From: Bryobacterales bacterium
GTDB taxonomy: Bacteria; Acidobacteriota; Terriglobia; Bryobacterales; UBA6623
Length of the DNA: 64,000 nt
Reading direction: 5' to 3'
Assembly (NCBI GenBank): GCA_963422375.2
Contig: OY729428.2
Coordinates: 1,248,001-1,312,000 of the forward strand
Shown here one piece after another: positions 21,047 through 29,970 of the stretch. Position numbers and translations under genes: made by a program. The notes below the pieces were generated by a model. That model searched no databases, was not told where the DNA came from, and worked only from the letters and a program-made list of their open reading frames with translations. How positions within the stretch are numbered: the stretch's first letter is position 1; every line of letters begins with the position of its first letter.

Positions 21047-21880
21047 TCAGGTCGAATTGTCGCTTCGGCGCAGGCGGATTTCGATGCGCCGACGCCCGGG
21101 CAAGTCCCCCGAGGTCGAGCCGTCTGAGATCGTACCGTTTCGCAGAACAATCTGCGCGCCCGAGAGAGGGATCAGACGGAATTCCCTCAACGCCTGCGAT
21201 TCGGAAAGGATCTGCGCGACCGCAGCCGCGCGCGCAAACCCGAGCCCGGCGTTGTCGGCCGCGACGAGCGCTGCATCTGGGTCCCCGTTAAGGAACGGAA
21301 GCAGCTCCTCGTCCAAGGTGCTCGCGGAAAATACGGGGCGCTCATCGGTGTGGCCGACGATCTCAACGGTGTACGTTCCGAAGCGAGCGCCGATCTTGAC
21401 AATCTCGGGAACGACCTGCGCATGGAGCAAATTCTCGAAATCCAACCTGACCTCGCTCGAATTCGTCTCGAAGGAGTACCCGTCGGCTTCGTCGAGACGA
21501 ATGATCGGCGGCCACTGGTGACCGTCGGGAGGATCTTCGCCACCCAGCGCGTCCTCGATCTGGTCTTCCAAGCCCTCGATCACCCGGTCCTGGTCCGATA
21601 CCTTGGCAAGCGCCGAGTCGAGCTGCCGTTGCAGGCTCGCCATGTCTTGCGGCGTGGGGTTCGGCTTGACGGGCGATTGCGATTCCGGCGGGGTCTCGTC
21701 TTCCGGGGGCGGTGCCGCCTGGGACGGCATGACGCTGCTGACATAGGCCAAGAGGAGGAGCAAGATCAGGAAGGTCACGACCAGCATGATCTCGAGGGCG
21801 CTGGCACCGAACGCCTGGGCGTTGCGCTGGACCCTCTTCACCGTGACTGCGTAGGAGCTGGGATGCCTGTCGAAGCCCAT
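21047..21880 (-). CDS. MotB/ZorB-like protein: single TM, Pro-rich and coiled-coil linker, OmpA-like peptidoglycan-binding domain
   Basis: TM ALEIMLVVTFLILLLLLAYV; IVGHTDERP; NAGLGFARAAAV; RRRIEIRL; RBS gggagga. Confidence 0.88.
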   Translation of the reverse strand: MGFDRHPSSYAVTVKRVQRNAQAFGASALEIMLVVTFLILLLLLAYVSSVMPSQAAPPPEDETPPESQSPVKPNPTPQDMASLQRQLDSALAKVSDQDRVIEGLEDQIEDALGGEDPPDGHQWPPIIRLDEADGYSFETNSSEVRLDFENLLHAQVVPEIVKIGARFGTYTVEIVGHTDERPVFSASTLDEELLPFLNGDPDAALVAADNAGLGFARAAAVAQILSESQALREFRLIPLSGAQIVLRNGTISDGSTSGDLPGRRRIEIRLRRSDNST

Positions 21881-21962
21881 GGCGGCCTATTCCTCCCGAT
21901 TCAGTCGCCGCGCTCGGAGGCCCGGCACGGCCGATTCCTGTCCGCCGAGACCGGCTGAGCCA

Positions 21963-22955
21963 TCAGAACAGAAATGTGAACAGGGCAACCGCCAGCCAGA
22001 GCGCGACCATCGCGGAGGCCGCCAGCGCCAACGACGCCAAGACCCAAGAGACGCCCCTGAAGAGCCTTCCGCCGGCGCGTTCGGCATCCTGTCTCAGGGA
22101 CGGAGTCGAGAATCTCGAGAGAGCCTGCGAGACGCTCTGCGACGCCAGCCCCTGGGCTCGCGTCGCGTCCGCTTGGGCCGTGGCGGTCTGCTCGATCTTC
22201 GTCGCGACCCGCTCGAGGCTCTCGATCGCCTGCCTGAACCGATCTTCGTCGTCCGCCACCAGTCCCGGCAGCGTCTCGACGAAGGCCTGCAGGGACTGCG
22301 CCGCGACCTTGAGCTCGGTCGCGGCACTCTGGATGCCCGCGCTCCCGAACGTCCTCTCGAGCGACTCGCTGTAGCTCACGAAGCCGTGTTCGAGTTCGCC
22401 TGCCTTTTGCCTGACGACGTCTAGCAGCCCTGCGAGGTGGTCCGTAGTCAGGTTCGCCTGCTCCCGTAGCTTCGCGGCGGCTTGGTGGAGCTGGTCGCGC
22501 ACGTCCTCGTAGGTCGAGTCGATGTCGACGACCGCGCCCTGCGACATGACGACGCGCAAGCAAAGTCCGACGATCGTCGTCCAGAGAGCCGTGCCGAAGG
22601 CCGGCAGGAACGAAATCACGACGTTCGAGACGGACGGCGCGTCCTCCCCCTGCAATTCGAGGCCGATCACGGTGAGACCGGCTGCCAGCGAGGTCGTGGT
22701 GAACAGGAAACCCATGTAGTAGAGGCTCTCGCCGGTCTCCTCCATCGACAGCCTCAGCGTGTCTAGGCAATATCCGCGATACCCGAACATCACGGCAGTC
22801 AGCAGGACGGGAACCAAGAACAGCCGGACGAGGATGTTGTCGATTTCGATCAGGCCGACGATCATCGAAAGCGCGAACGCCACGCCGACGATCACGAGGA
22901 AAACCAGCGTGTGCTCCTTCGCTGGGTCGCGCCCGGCATCCCTACCACTCGCCAA
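21963..22955 (-). CDS. MotA/TolQ/ExbB (ZorA-like) membrane protein with helical tail
   Basis: YYMGFLFTTTSL and PAFGTALWTTIVGL match the two conserved MotA/ExbB channel helices; then an Ala/Gln/Glu-rich helical tail and a terminal hydrophobic helix. Confidence 0.75.
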   Translation of the reverse strand: MASGRDAGRDPAKEHTLVFLVIVGVAFALSMIVGLIEIDNILVRLFLVPVLLTAVMFGYRGYCLDTLRLSMEETGESLYYMGFLFTTTSLAAGLTVIGLELQGEDAPSVSNVVISFLPAFGTALWTTIVGLCLRVVMSQGAVVDIDSTYEDVRDQLHQAAAKLREQANLTTDHLAGLLDVVRQKAGELEHGFVSYSESLERTFGSAGIQSAATELKVAAQSLQAFVETLPGLVADDEDRFRQAIESLERVATKIEQTATAQADATRAQGLASQSVSQALSRFSTPSLRQDAERAGGRLFRGVSWVLASLALAASAMVALWLAVALFTFLF

Positions 22956-23835
22956 CAGGAACCACCTCTTCCACGGTCGCGTTCTGCGAGTCGAAGAACT
23001 CCTCCCACCACTGGGTGTGCTCCGGTCCCTGTATGTCGGGGATCAGGGCGTACTCCATGCGATTCAGGAGCAGCCGCACCGCGGAGCCGCGGAAGTCGAA
23101 TCGCATCCCCCCGGAGTCGGCGAAGTCCTCGAACTCCCCGAGGCGCATCGACGGGCCCAGGTCGCCGAACGAGACCGGGACTCGCCCGGGAGTCGCGAAG
23201 TTTTGCGGCACGACGAAGTCGGACAGAACCGTCAGCGACTTCGAGGCGTGCTCGAATTCGGGGTTGCCGAGAACCAGCCGCGCCACCCCGCCGAGCGAGT
23301 CCACCAAGCTGTAGCGGTAGTCGGGACTCCAGCCCGACAGGTCCTCGACGATCTGGCGGAACGGATTGAGGAACAGTTCCCGGTACCGCTGCTCCGCGAG
23401 GCGCGGGTTGCCCGTCAGGGAGCTCACGCCCGAGCCGTCGCCGGGATTGCAGAACCTCGCCACGGGCTCGAATCGCGCGCCCGTGTCGTAGTTGACTTCG
23501 TAGATCTCGATCAAGGCACTCTTCGGCAGCGTGCCCAAGGTCCTTTCGATCTCCCTGCGGACCTGCCGAATCGTGTTGGGCGATTCCGGGACGAATTGCT
23601 TCGTCACGTAGTCGACGCGCCGGTTGCGCTCGAACAGCAGCACCTCGAGGTGAGGGATGTAGCGGGTGTTCTGCGGGCAGAGGGTCGCTTCGTCGAACGG
23701 AACGACCTGCGGACTTGTCAAGTAAATGTAGCCGAAAAAGGCCGCGCAGAGCAGCACGCAGCCCGCCATCACCCAAGTCGAGGTCCGCTCCCCCCCGGAC
23801 CGGCGAGACCGCCTTCTCCGCCTTGATCGCGCCAC
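22942..23835 (-). CDS. Membrane-anchored hypothetical protein (possibly degenerate vWA-like alpha/beta fold)
   Basis: GTG start after gggaggga; Arg-rich N-terminus, one TM, then TLCP...FCNPGDG...LTGNP and LTVLSDF; overlaps the next gene. Confidence 0.75.
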   Translation of the reverse strand: MARSRRRRRSRRSGGERTSTWVMAGCVLLCAAFFGYIYLTSPQVVPFDEATLCPQNTRYIPHLEVLLFERNRRVDYVTKQFVPESPNTIRQVRREIERTLGTLPKSALIEIYEVNYDTGARFEPVARFCNPGDGSGVSSLTGNPRLAEQRYRELFLNPFRQIVEDLSGWSPDYRYSLVDSLGGVARLVLGNPEFEHASKSLTVLSDFVVPQNFATPGRVPVSFGDLGPSMRLGEFEDFADSGGMRFDFRGSAVRLLLNRMEYALIPDIQGPEHTQWWEEFFDSQNATVEEVVPVGEW

Positions 23836-23852
23836 GCCGCTTCCCTCCCGGG

Positions 23853-25157
23853 TCAGAGACCCCGCTGCGACCCCTTGTAGGCAGCCAGGACCTCTCCGCA
23901 CTGCTGGGCGAGCTTGTCCCGGCTCACCCGGGCGAATTCGGCAACGACCTCCGGATCCAAGTGTTCCTCAACCGGCGGCGCGTCCGCCGCCGGCGCCTCG
24001 GGGACGACTACCGGTTCCTCTTCCGGGCAATGCACCGCCTGGACGTATTCGATCTTGGAATGAGCCTTCCGGCGCTCGCTGCGATGCTTGGCGTCCAGTT
24101 CGCGCAAGCGGCTCAGCATCGTCTCGGCGTTCGACAAGGCCGTCCTGTACTGGCTCACGTACGCGTCGATTCCGCGAATGCCGTCGTTCTGCAGCTCGGT
24201 CACCGCCTCCACGGCATCCTCGTACTGTCCCTGGTACTCCTCCTGGGACTTGGCGAGGGCCCTGGCTCGCCGGCTGTACCCCGGGTAGGGGTCCTCGCTG
24301 GTGTAGCCCTTCCACGCCCCGAGGCCGGCCGACATCATTCCCATTCCGAAGAGCATCCACGACATGAAGTCGGACACTCCGAAGTAGTCGGCGGAGAAGG
24401 CGTCCCAAGCGCGCCGCCCCGCATCCATCACCTGGTTGTAGCCTTCGCTGGACAGGAGCGCCTCGCGGTAGTGCGCCACCAGCAGATTGAACAGGACAAG
24501 GATCACGGCACCGAAGAAGATGCTGGCGAACCCGAGGCTCTTGGAGGACCAAGAGCGGGCGTTGACCAGGCGCGCCGCGTTGCCCACGCAGAAGGCGCCG
24601 CCGACGTTGATCAGCGCGATCCCCGCGGCAACGCTCCAGCCCTGCAGCAGCCCTCCTTGGGCACCGATCGCGAGCAGGCTCCCGTTGAGCGCGGTCTCGG
24701 CGATCGCCGCGAGCACCGCGATCAGCGCGTGGCGCAGCTTGCTCTCCGGGTAGTGAGGCTCGTGGCCGATGTCGTTTTCCTTGCGGTAGCGCTCGTAGTC
24801 CCCTAGCCGCGCGGTGCATTCCCTGCGCAAAGCGGCGAGCTCGGCGCCGTCCTGCTCCTTGAGGCTCGCGAGCTCGTTCAGCGATTCCGCGAGGCCCCCT
24901 TCGATTTCGGGCCGCACGTCGCGCACCTTCATCCGGTCAAGGTACGCCGAACGCTGGCGCGAGCAGTAGTCTTCCAAGTCGTGGAGATGGAGCTCGGCCG
25001 ATTCCTTGAGCGCCGCGCGCACGATCTTCGTCTCGGCAGACGGATCCGGGGACCCCAGCCTGCCTAGTTTCGCGCCGAGCAGCTCAACGTCCAGCTCCGG
25101 CCAGCCCCCGGCCTCAAGGGAAGTATCGGGGCCGGGCTCCTTGATTCTCCTCAGCAA
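23853..25157 (-). CDS. Multi-pass membrane protein with N- and C-terminal coiled coils
   Basis: About four hydrophobic segments between helical regions; ETALNG, NLLVAHYRE, EDPYPGY; TATACT upstream on the minus strand. Confidence 0.8.
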   Translation of the reverse strand: MLRRIKEPGPDTSLEAGGWPELDVELLGAKLGRLGSPDPSAETKIVRAALKESAELHLHDLEDYCSRQRSAYLDRMKVRDVRPEIEGGLAESLNELASLKEQDGAELAALRRECTARLGDYERYRKENDIGHEPHYPESKLRHALIAVLAAIAETALNGSLLAIGAQGGLLQGWSVAAGIALINVGGAFCVGNAARLVNARSWSSKSLGFASIFFGAVILVLFNLLVAHYREALLSSEGYNQVMDAGRRAWDAFSADYFGVSDFMSWMLFGMGMMSAGLGAWKGYTSEDPYPGYSRRARALAKSQEEYQGQYEDAVEAVTELQNDGIRGIDAYVSQYRTALSNAETMLSRLRELDAKHRSERRKAHSKIEYVQAVHCPEEEPVVVPEAPAADAPPVEEHLDPEVVAEFARVSRDKLAQQCGEVLAAYKGSQRGL

Positions 25158-25278
25158 CCGGGCCGCTCCGCTAGGGATAGACGAAGTATAGCGAAGACTC
25201 GGTTTCCTAGCGTCGCGAGCGGGCCGGGGCAGAGGCCGGGCCTTCGCTATAGCGGGTTAGGTGGCCGTCGACGAGCGG

Positions 25279-26856
25279 CTAGGCCGCCGCGCCCTCCACG
25301 AGCCGCCGGGTAAAGTCCCGCATCCTGCGGTCCATGTCCGCCACTCTGTCGGGCTCGCGCTCCGCGAGATTGCTCTGCTCGGTCGGATCCGCGCGCAGGT
25401 CGTAGAGCTCCGGGCCCTCCTTCGTGATAGCACTGAACTCCCGCTCGCGTGCCCCGGAGTTCTCAACGAACCAGTGGTAGCTCCACTCGTCGTGCCGGAT
25501 GGAGACGCTCTGGTTGTAGTGGCAGCACACGGCTGCGTCGCGGATGCGCTCCTCCTGCCCGCGAATCAGCGGCATCAGGCTCCGGGACGTCATATGGGAC
25601 GGCCGGTCGATGCCGAGCCAGTCGAGAATCGTGGCCGTCACGTCCGTTTGCTGAGTGTAGGAGTCGACCCTCGCAACGCCGTCGCCGGACGGGTCCCGGA
25701 TCATCAGGAGCGTGCGCGCCAGCTCCTCGTATCCCCACGCGCGGGCCTTGCGGACGATGCCGTGGTCGCCGAAGGGCTCGCCGTGATCGGTCATTACGAC
25801 AAGCAGCGTGTCATCGTACATGCCCATCCGCCTGACCTCGTCCAGGAAGTGACCGACCCAAGCGTCCACGAAGCGGACGACCGCGCCGTAGAGCGAGAGC
25901 ACCTGGCGCAATTCCGTCTGGTCCAGGTAGCCCATCGTGTCGCCGGGTACCGGGCAGATGTTGCGCACGGCCCAGCTCGCGAAGTCGGGATCGACGAGCT
26001 TGAGATAGCTCTCCGGCGGGTCCCAAGGCTCGTGCGGGCAGAAGCTGTCGATCCAGAGGAACAGGTTCTCCTTGCGGGGCTGTGCTGCAAGCCAATCGAG
26101 ACCCGCCTGCAGGACCCGGGGGGTGAAGTGGTCCTCGTCGGCCTTCCACGCGTGGCGGTTGGCTAGGTAGGTCCGCGTTTCCCTTGCCTCGTCCGGCCGG
26201 ACTCCTCGCGGCTTGAAGAACGGGGCGACGTCGACGGCGGAGACGATCGCGGGATCGCGCACGTAGGGGTCCTGCTCCTGGCCGCGAATCCACTTGACGT
26301 CGTCGAAGCCCCGGGAGAAGCCGTACGAAGGCTTGTGGAGGTGGTAGGTGTCGCTGACCAGGGACGTGCGGAAGCCCTCGCTCCAGAGGATCTCGGGCAG
26401 CAGGGGATGGTCCTCCGGGTACAGCACCTGCCAGCGCCGGAACGGATAGGTGAACCTGCCCGTCAGCAGGCTGGTGCGGACCGGCACCGTCGGCAGGCCC
26501 TCCGGGTAGGAGTGCGAGAAGAAGGTGGACTCGGCGGCGAACCTGTCGAGATTCGGGGTGGGCACCCTGGAGCTGCCGAAGGCCCCGAGATGGTCCCAGC
26601 GAAAGCTGTCCAGCATCAGGACGATGACGTTCCTGCCGTTCCACTGCTTGCGGGTGGCAGGCCCCCAGGTCGGAGGCGAGAAGACTCGCTCCCGGCCCTT
26701 CAGGGTGTATGCCGCGTGATCGAAATCGGAGACCGGCGCGGGAGCTGTCGTGTCGCCGTCATCGCCGCAGCCCCACAGAGCGGGCGATGCCGCCAGCAGG
26801 GAAGCGGCGGAACTCTTGGCGAACTGGCGGCGGCTCGCCTGCGGCACGTCGGTCAT
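25279..26856 (-). CDS. Sulfatase-like hydrolase (alkaline phosphatase superfamily), predicted Tat lipoprotein
   Basis: SRRQF Tat motif, LWGC lipobox, LMLDSFRWDH, PTVPVRTSLLTG, PHEPWDPP, TDHGE, ELYDLRADPTE. Confidence 0.9.
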   Translation of the reverse strand: MTDVPQASRRQFAKSSAASLLAASPALWGCGDDGDTTAPAPVSDFDHAAYTLKGRERVFSPPTWGPATRKQWNGRNVIVLMLDSFRWDHLGAFGSSRVPTPNLDRFAAESTFFSHSYPEGLPTVPVRTSLLTGRFTYPFRRWQVLYPEDHPLLPEILWSEGFRTSLVSDTYHLHKPSYGFSRGFDDVKWIRGQEQDPYVRDPAIVSAVDVAPFFKPRGVRPDEARETRTYLANRHAWKADEDHFTPRVLQAGLDWLAAQPRKENLFLWIDSFCPHEPWDPPESYLKLVDPDFASWAVRNICPVPGDTMGYLDQTELRQVLSLYGAVVRFVDAWVGHFLDEVRRMGMYDDTLLVVMTDHGEPFGDHGIVRKARAWGYEELARTLLMIRDPSGDGVARVDSYTQQTDVTATILDWLGIDRPSHMTSRSLMPLIRGQEERIRDAAVCCHYNQSVSIRHDEWSYHWFVENSGAREREFSAITKEGPELYDLRADPTEQSNLAEREPDRVADMDRRMRDFTRRLVEGAAA

Positions 26857-26996
26857 CGGACTCGACTATACATCGGCACATCGGCCGACCGTGCGGGGCA
26901 CCCGGAGGGAAGCGCGAGCGTGTCCTGCCTGTACTCCGGGGCAACCGCCCTTCCGTGCCGTGGCCCCGGCTGGTGCCGACCGGGCGGCAGGCCCAA

Positions 26997-27012
26997 TGTT
27001 TCACGTGAAACA
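26997..27012. promoter_or_regulatory. parS site (ParB/Spo0J binding)
   Basis: TGTTTCACGTGAAACA matches the parS consensus exactly; intergenic; palindrome extends over 26993-27016. Confidence 0.92.
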
Positions 27013-27150
27013 TTGGAGTGTCGAGACTCTCCCGCCTGGCGCTACACCGCCCGGCGTCTTCCCCGGCGGCCGGCCTGCTGCGCCCCGATTGGCGAGACAG
27101 CCCGAGCGACGGCAGCCGCAGCTGGCGGGCACGGCGAGTAGAATGGTGCC

Positions 27151-29790
27151 GTGCTGCGCACGGCCCTGATCCTCGCCCTCGGCCTCGCGCCGCTGGGAGC
27201 GGTGCCGAAGGAGGCCGAGTTCTTCGAATCCCGCGTGCGACCCGTGCTGGCGGGTCGCTGTTTCGGCTGTCACGCCGAGAACGCCACGGCAGGCCTGCGG
27301 GTCGACTCGCGAGCCGGCCTGATGAGGGGCGGAAGGTCGGGGGCAGCCATCAAGCCCGGCCAGCCCGACGAGAGCATCCTGCTCCACGCGATCCAAGGCA
27401 TCAAGGGCCGGATGGCGATGCCCCCGGCGGGCAAGCGGCTCGAGGACCACCAGATCGAGTCGCTGAAGCAGTGGATCTCTATCGGAGCACCTTGGCCGAT
27501 GTCGCCGCGAGAGTTCTTCGAGGCCCGGGTGCGACCGGTGCTCGAATCGAAGTGTCTCGGATGCCACGCTTCCGAACCGCAGGGCGGCCTGCGCATGGAT
27601 TCGCGGAAAGCCCTGCTGAAGGGCGGAAAATCCGGACCGGCCCTCGTAGCGGGGAATCCCGACGAGAGCCTGATCCTGCAGGCGGTGCGGCGGGAACAAG
27701 CCTTGAAGATGCCTCCGACGGAGCCCCTGCCGCAGAACGAAATCGACGACCTCGCCCGGTGGGTGGCGGACGGAGCCGCATGGGCGGAGAGGCCCGCGCC
27801 GGGAGCCAAGGAGTACCTTATCGGCGAGGAGCATCGGGCACACTGGGCGTTCCAGCCCTTGCAGGCCGGCCCGGTGCCCGCGCCCGAGGGGACGGCCCCA
27901 TCGGGCAACGCGATCGACCGGTTCATTCTGGCCAGTCTTCAACACAGGGGACTGGCGCCGTCGCCGCGAGCGGACAAGCGCACCCTGATCCGACGGGCCG
28001 CCTACGACCTGACGGGCCTGCCCCCGACGCCCGAGGAAAGGGACGCGTTCCTAGCGAGCGAGTCGCCCGATGCGTTCGATGAGCTGCTCGAGCGGCTGCT
28101 CGACTCGCCGCGCTACGGCGAGCGGTGGGGCCGGCACTGGCTCGACCTCGTGCGCTACGCCGACACGGCCGGCGACTCGGGCGACTTCCCCGTGCCGGAA
28201 GCCTACAAGTATCGCAACTACGTGATCGACTCGTTCCAGCACGACAAGCCGTACGACCAATTCATCCGCGAGCAGATTGCCGGGGACCTGCTCGAGTCGG
28301 ACAGCGAAGCGGAGCGCTGGAACCGGACCGTCGCCACGGGCTACCTCGCGATCTCGCGACGCATCGGGGTCAGCCCGCACCGGCTGCGCCACATCACGCT
28401 CGAGGACACCATCGACAACCTCGGCAAGACATTCCTCGGCCTCAGCATCCAGTGCGCCCGCTGCCACGACCACAAGTTCGATCCGATTCCGACAGCCGAT
28501 TACTACGGCCTGTACGGGATCCTCGACAGCTCGGTGTTCCCGCATCCGGGGGCCGAGCACTTGCCCTACCGCAGCAACTTCGTCTACCGGGCTGGCGACG
28601 AGAGGGCCAGGGAGATCAAGGCCTCGTACTCGGAGCGGCTTACCTATTGGAACGACAAGGAGCGCGAGAAGTTTCGCGAGTACCAGTCCTTCCAGAACAA
28701 GCTGATCACCACGCCGGGCCGCTCGCGGGAGGTGGTGTGGGCGGAATTGGAGGCGCTGCGGGCGGAGCGCGCCGTGTTCGCCCGCACCGAGCCGCCGCTC
28801 GAGACGGCATATGCCGTCCGGGACGGCCAGGCAAGAGACTCTCCGATCCACCGCGCGGGGGATCCGAAGGATCCGGGCCCGATCGTCAAGCGAGGGTTCC
28901 TGCAGATTCTCGGCGGCGCGAAGGTGCCTGACGATTCCGAGGGTAGCGGCCGCCGTCTGCTGGCGGATTGGATCGCGGACCCAGGCAACCCGCTCACGGC
29001 GCGGGTGATGGCGAACCGGATCTGGCACTACCACTTCGGCAGCGGACTGGTGCGTACGACGAGCGATTTCGGCGTGAGAGGCTCGCCCCCGACGCATTCG
29101 GAGCTACTGGACTACCTCGCTCGGTACTTCATCGACAGCGGCTGGTCGGTCAAGGCGTTGCACCGCTTGATCATGCAATCGAGCACCTACCGGCAGGCCA
29201 GCCTCGACATCGACGCCAACTACGAGAAGGATCCCCAGAACACACTGGTCTGGCGATACAACCGGCGACGGCTGGACGCGGAGCAGATTCGCGACTCGAT
29301 CCTGTGGTTCAGCGGTGATCTGGACTTCGGCCGGGGCGCACGGCACCCTTTCCCGCACAGGCAGACCTACTTCTACCGTCAGCACGAGCCGTTCTCGGAA
29401 TTCTTCCCGACGAAGCGGCGGTCCGTCTACATCATGCAGCCACGCATCCAGAAGCACCCCTACCTGGATCTGTTCGACGGGCCCGACGGAAACCTGCCGA
29501 TGAGCGAGCGCAAGTCGACGACGACGACGCTTCAGGCCCTTTTCCTAATGAACTCGGCGTTCATCCACCAGCAGGCTCGGGCCATGGCCGAGCGCTGGAG
29601 CGTAGGGGGAGCGAGAGTTGACGAATTCTTCGAGCGGTCGGTGCGAACCGTGTTCGGAAGGAATCCTCGGCCCGGCGAGACCGATAGGGCGCGAGCATAC
29701 TTCGAGGATGCGTCGGGGACGGAGACAGAGAAGCGCGCCGGGTTGCTGCGAGCGATGCTGGCGAGCAACGAGTTCCTCTTCGTAGAGTGA
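27151..29790 (+). CDS. Planctomycete-type cytochrome c protein (2x PSCyt1 + DUF1549 + DUF1553)
   Basis: Signal peptide; heme motifs CFGCH, CLGCH, CARCH; YGERWGRHWLDLVRYADT; NPLTARVMANRIW. Confidence 0.92.
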   Translation: MLRTALILALGLAPLGAVPKEAEFFESRVRPVLAGRCFGCHAENATAGLRVDSRAGLMRGGRSGAAIKPGQPDESILLHAIQGIKGRMAMPPAGKRLEDHQIESLKQWISIGAPWPMSPREFFEARVRPVLESKCLGCHASEPQGGLRMDSRKALLKGGKSGPALVAGNPDESLILQAVRREQALKMPPTEPLPQNEIDDLARWVADGAAWAERPAPGAKEYLIGEEHRAHWAFQPLQAGPVPAPEGTAPSGNAIDRFILASLQHRGLAPSPRADKRTLIRRAAYDLTGLPPTPEERDAFLASESPDAFDELLERLLDSPRYGERWGRHWLDLVRYADTAGDSGDFPVPEAYKYRNYVIDSFQHDKPYDQFIREQIAGDLLESDSEAERWNRTVATGYLAISRRIGVSPHRLRHITLEDTIDNLGKTFLGLSIQCARCHDHKFDPIPTADYYGLYGILDSSVFPHPGAEHLPYRSNFVYRAGDERAREIKASYSERLTYWNDKEREKFREYQSFQNKLITTPGRSREVVWAELEALRAERAVFARTEPPLETAYAVRDGQARDSPIHRAGDPKDPGPIVKRGFLQILGGAKVPDDSEGSGRRLLADWIADPGNPLTARVMANRIWHYHFGSGLVRTTSDFGVRGSPPTHSELLDYLARYFIDSGWSVKALHRLIMQSSTYRQASLDIDANYEKDPQNTLVWRYNRRRLDAEQIRDSILWFSGDLDFGRGARHPFPHRQTYFYRQHEPFSEFFPTKRRSVYIMQPRIQKHPYLDLFDGPDGNLPMSERKSTTTTLQALFLMNSAFIHQQARAMAERWSVGGARVDEFFERSVRTVFGRNPRPGETDRARAYFEDASGTETEKRAGLLRAMLASNEFLFVE

Positions 29791-29970
29791 CTCCGACGAC
29801 ATCGGAGGAGTTGGCCAACGGCGGCGCTCCTGCCAACCTAAAAGTCCGATTGCACACCGCGACCGGCCCATCTGATCACCCGTGCGATCTCATGACCCTG
29901 AGCGAGTCTCGAGACCGTCGGCGTCACCTGCGTAGAAACGGTTAGAATCTCATCAAGAAGGGCGGAATCG

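Noticed and set aside
21047..22955. Flagellar motAB, tolQR/exbBD, or canonical Zorya I-III
   Set aside because: No flagellar, TonB or Tol genes nearby; ExbD/TolR lack an OmpA domain; no recognisable ZorC, ZorD helicase or ZorE HNH gene
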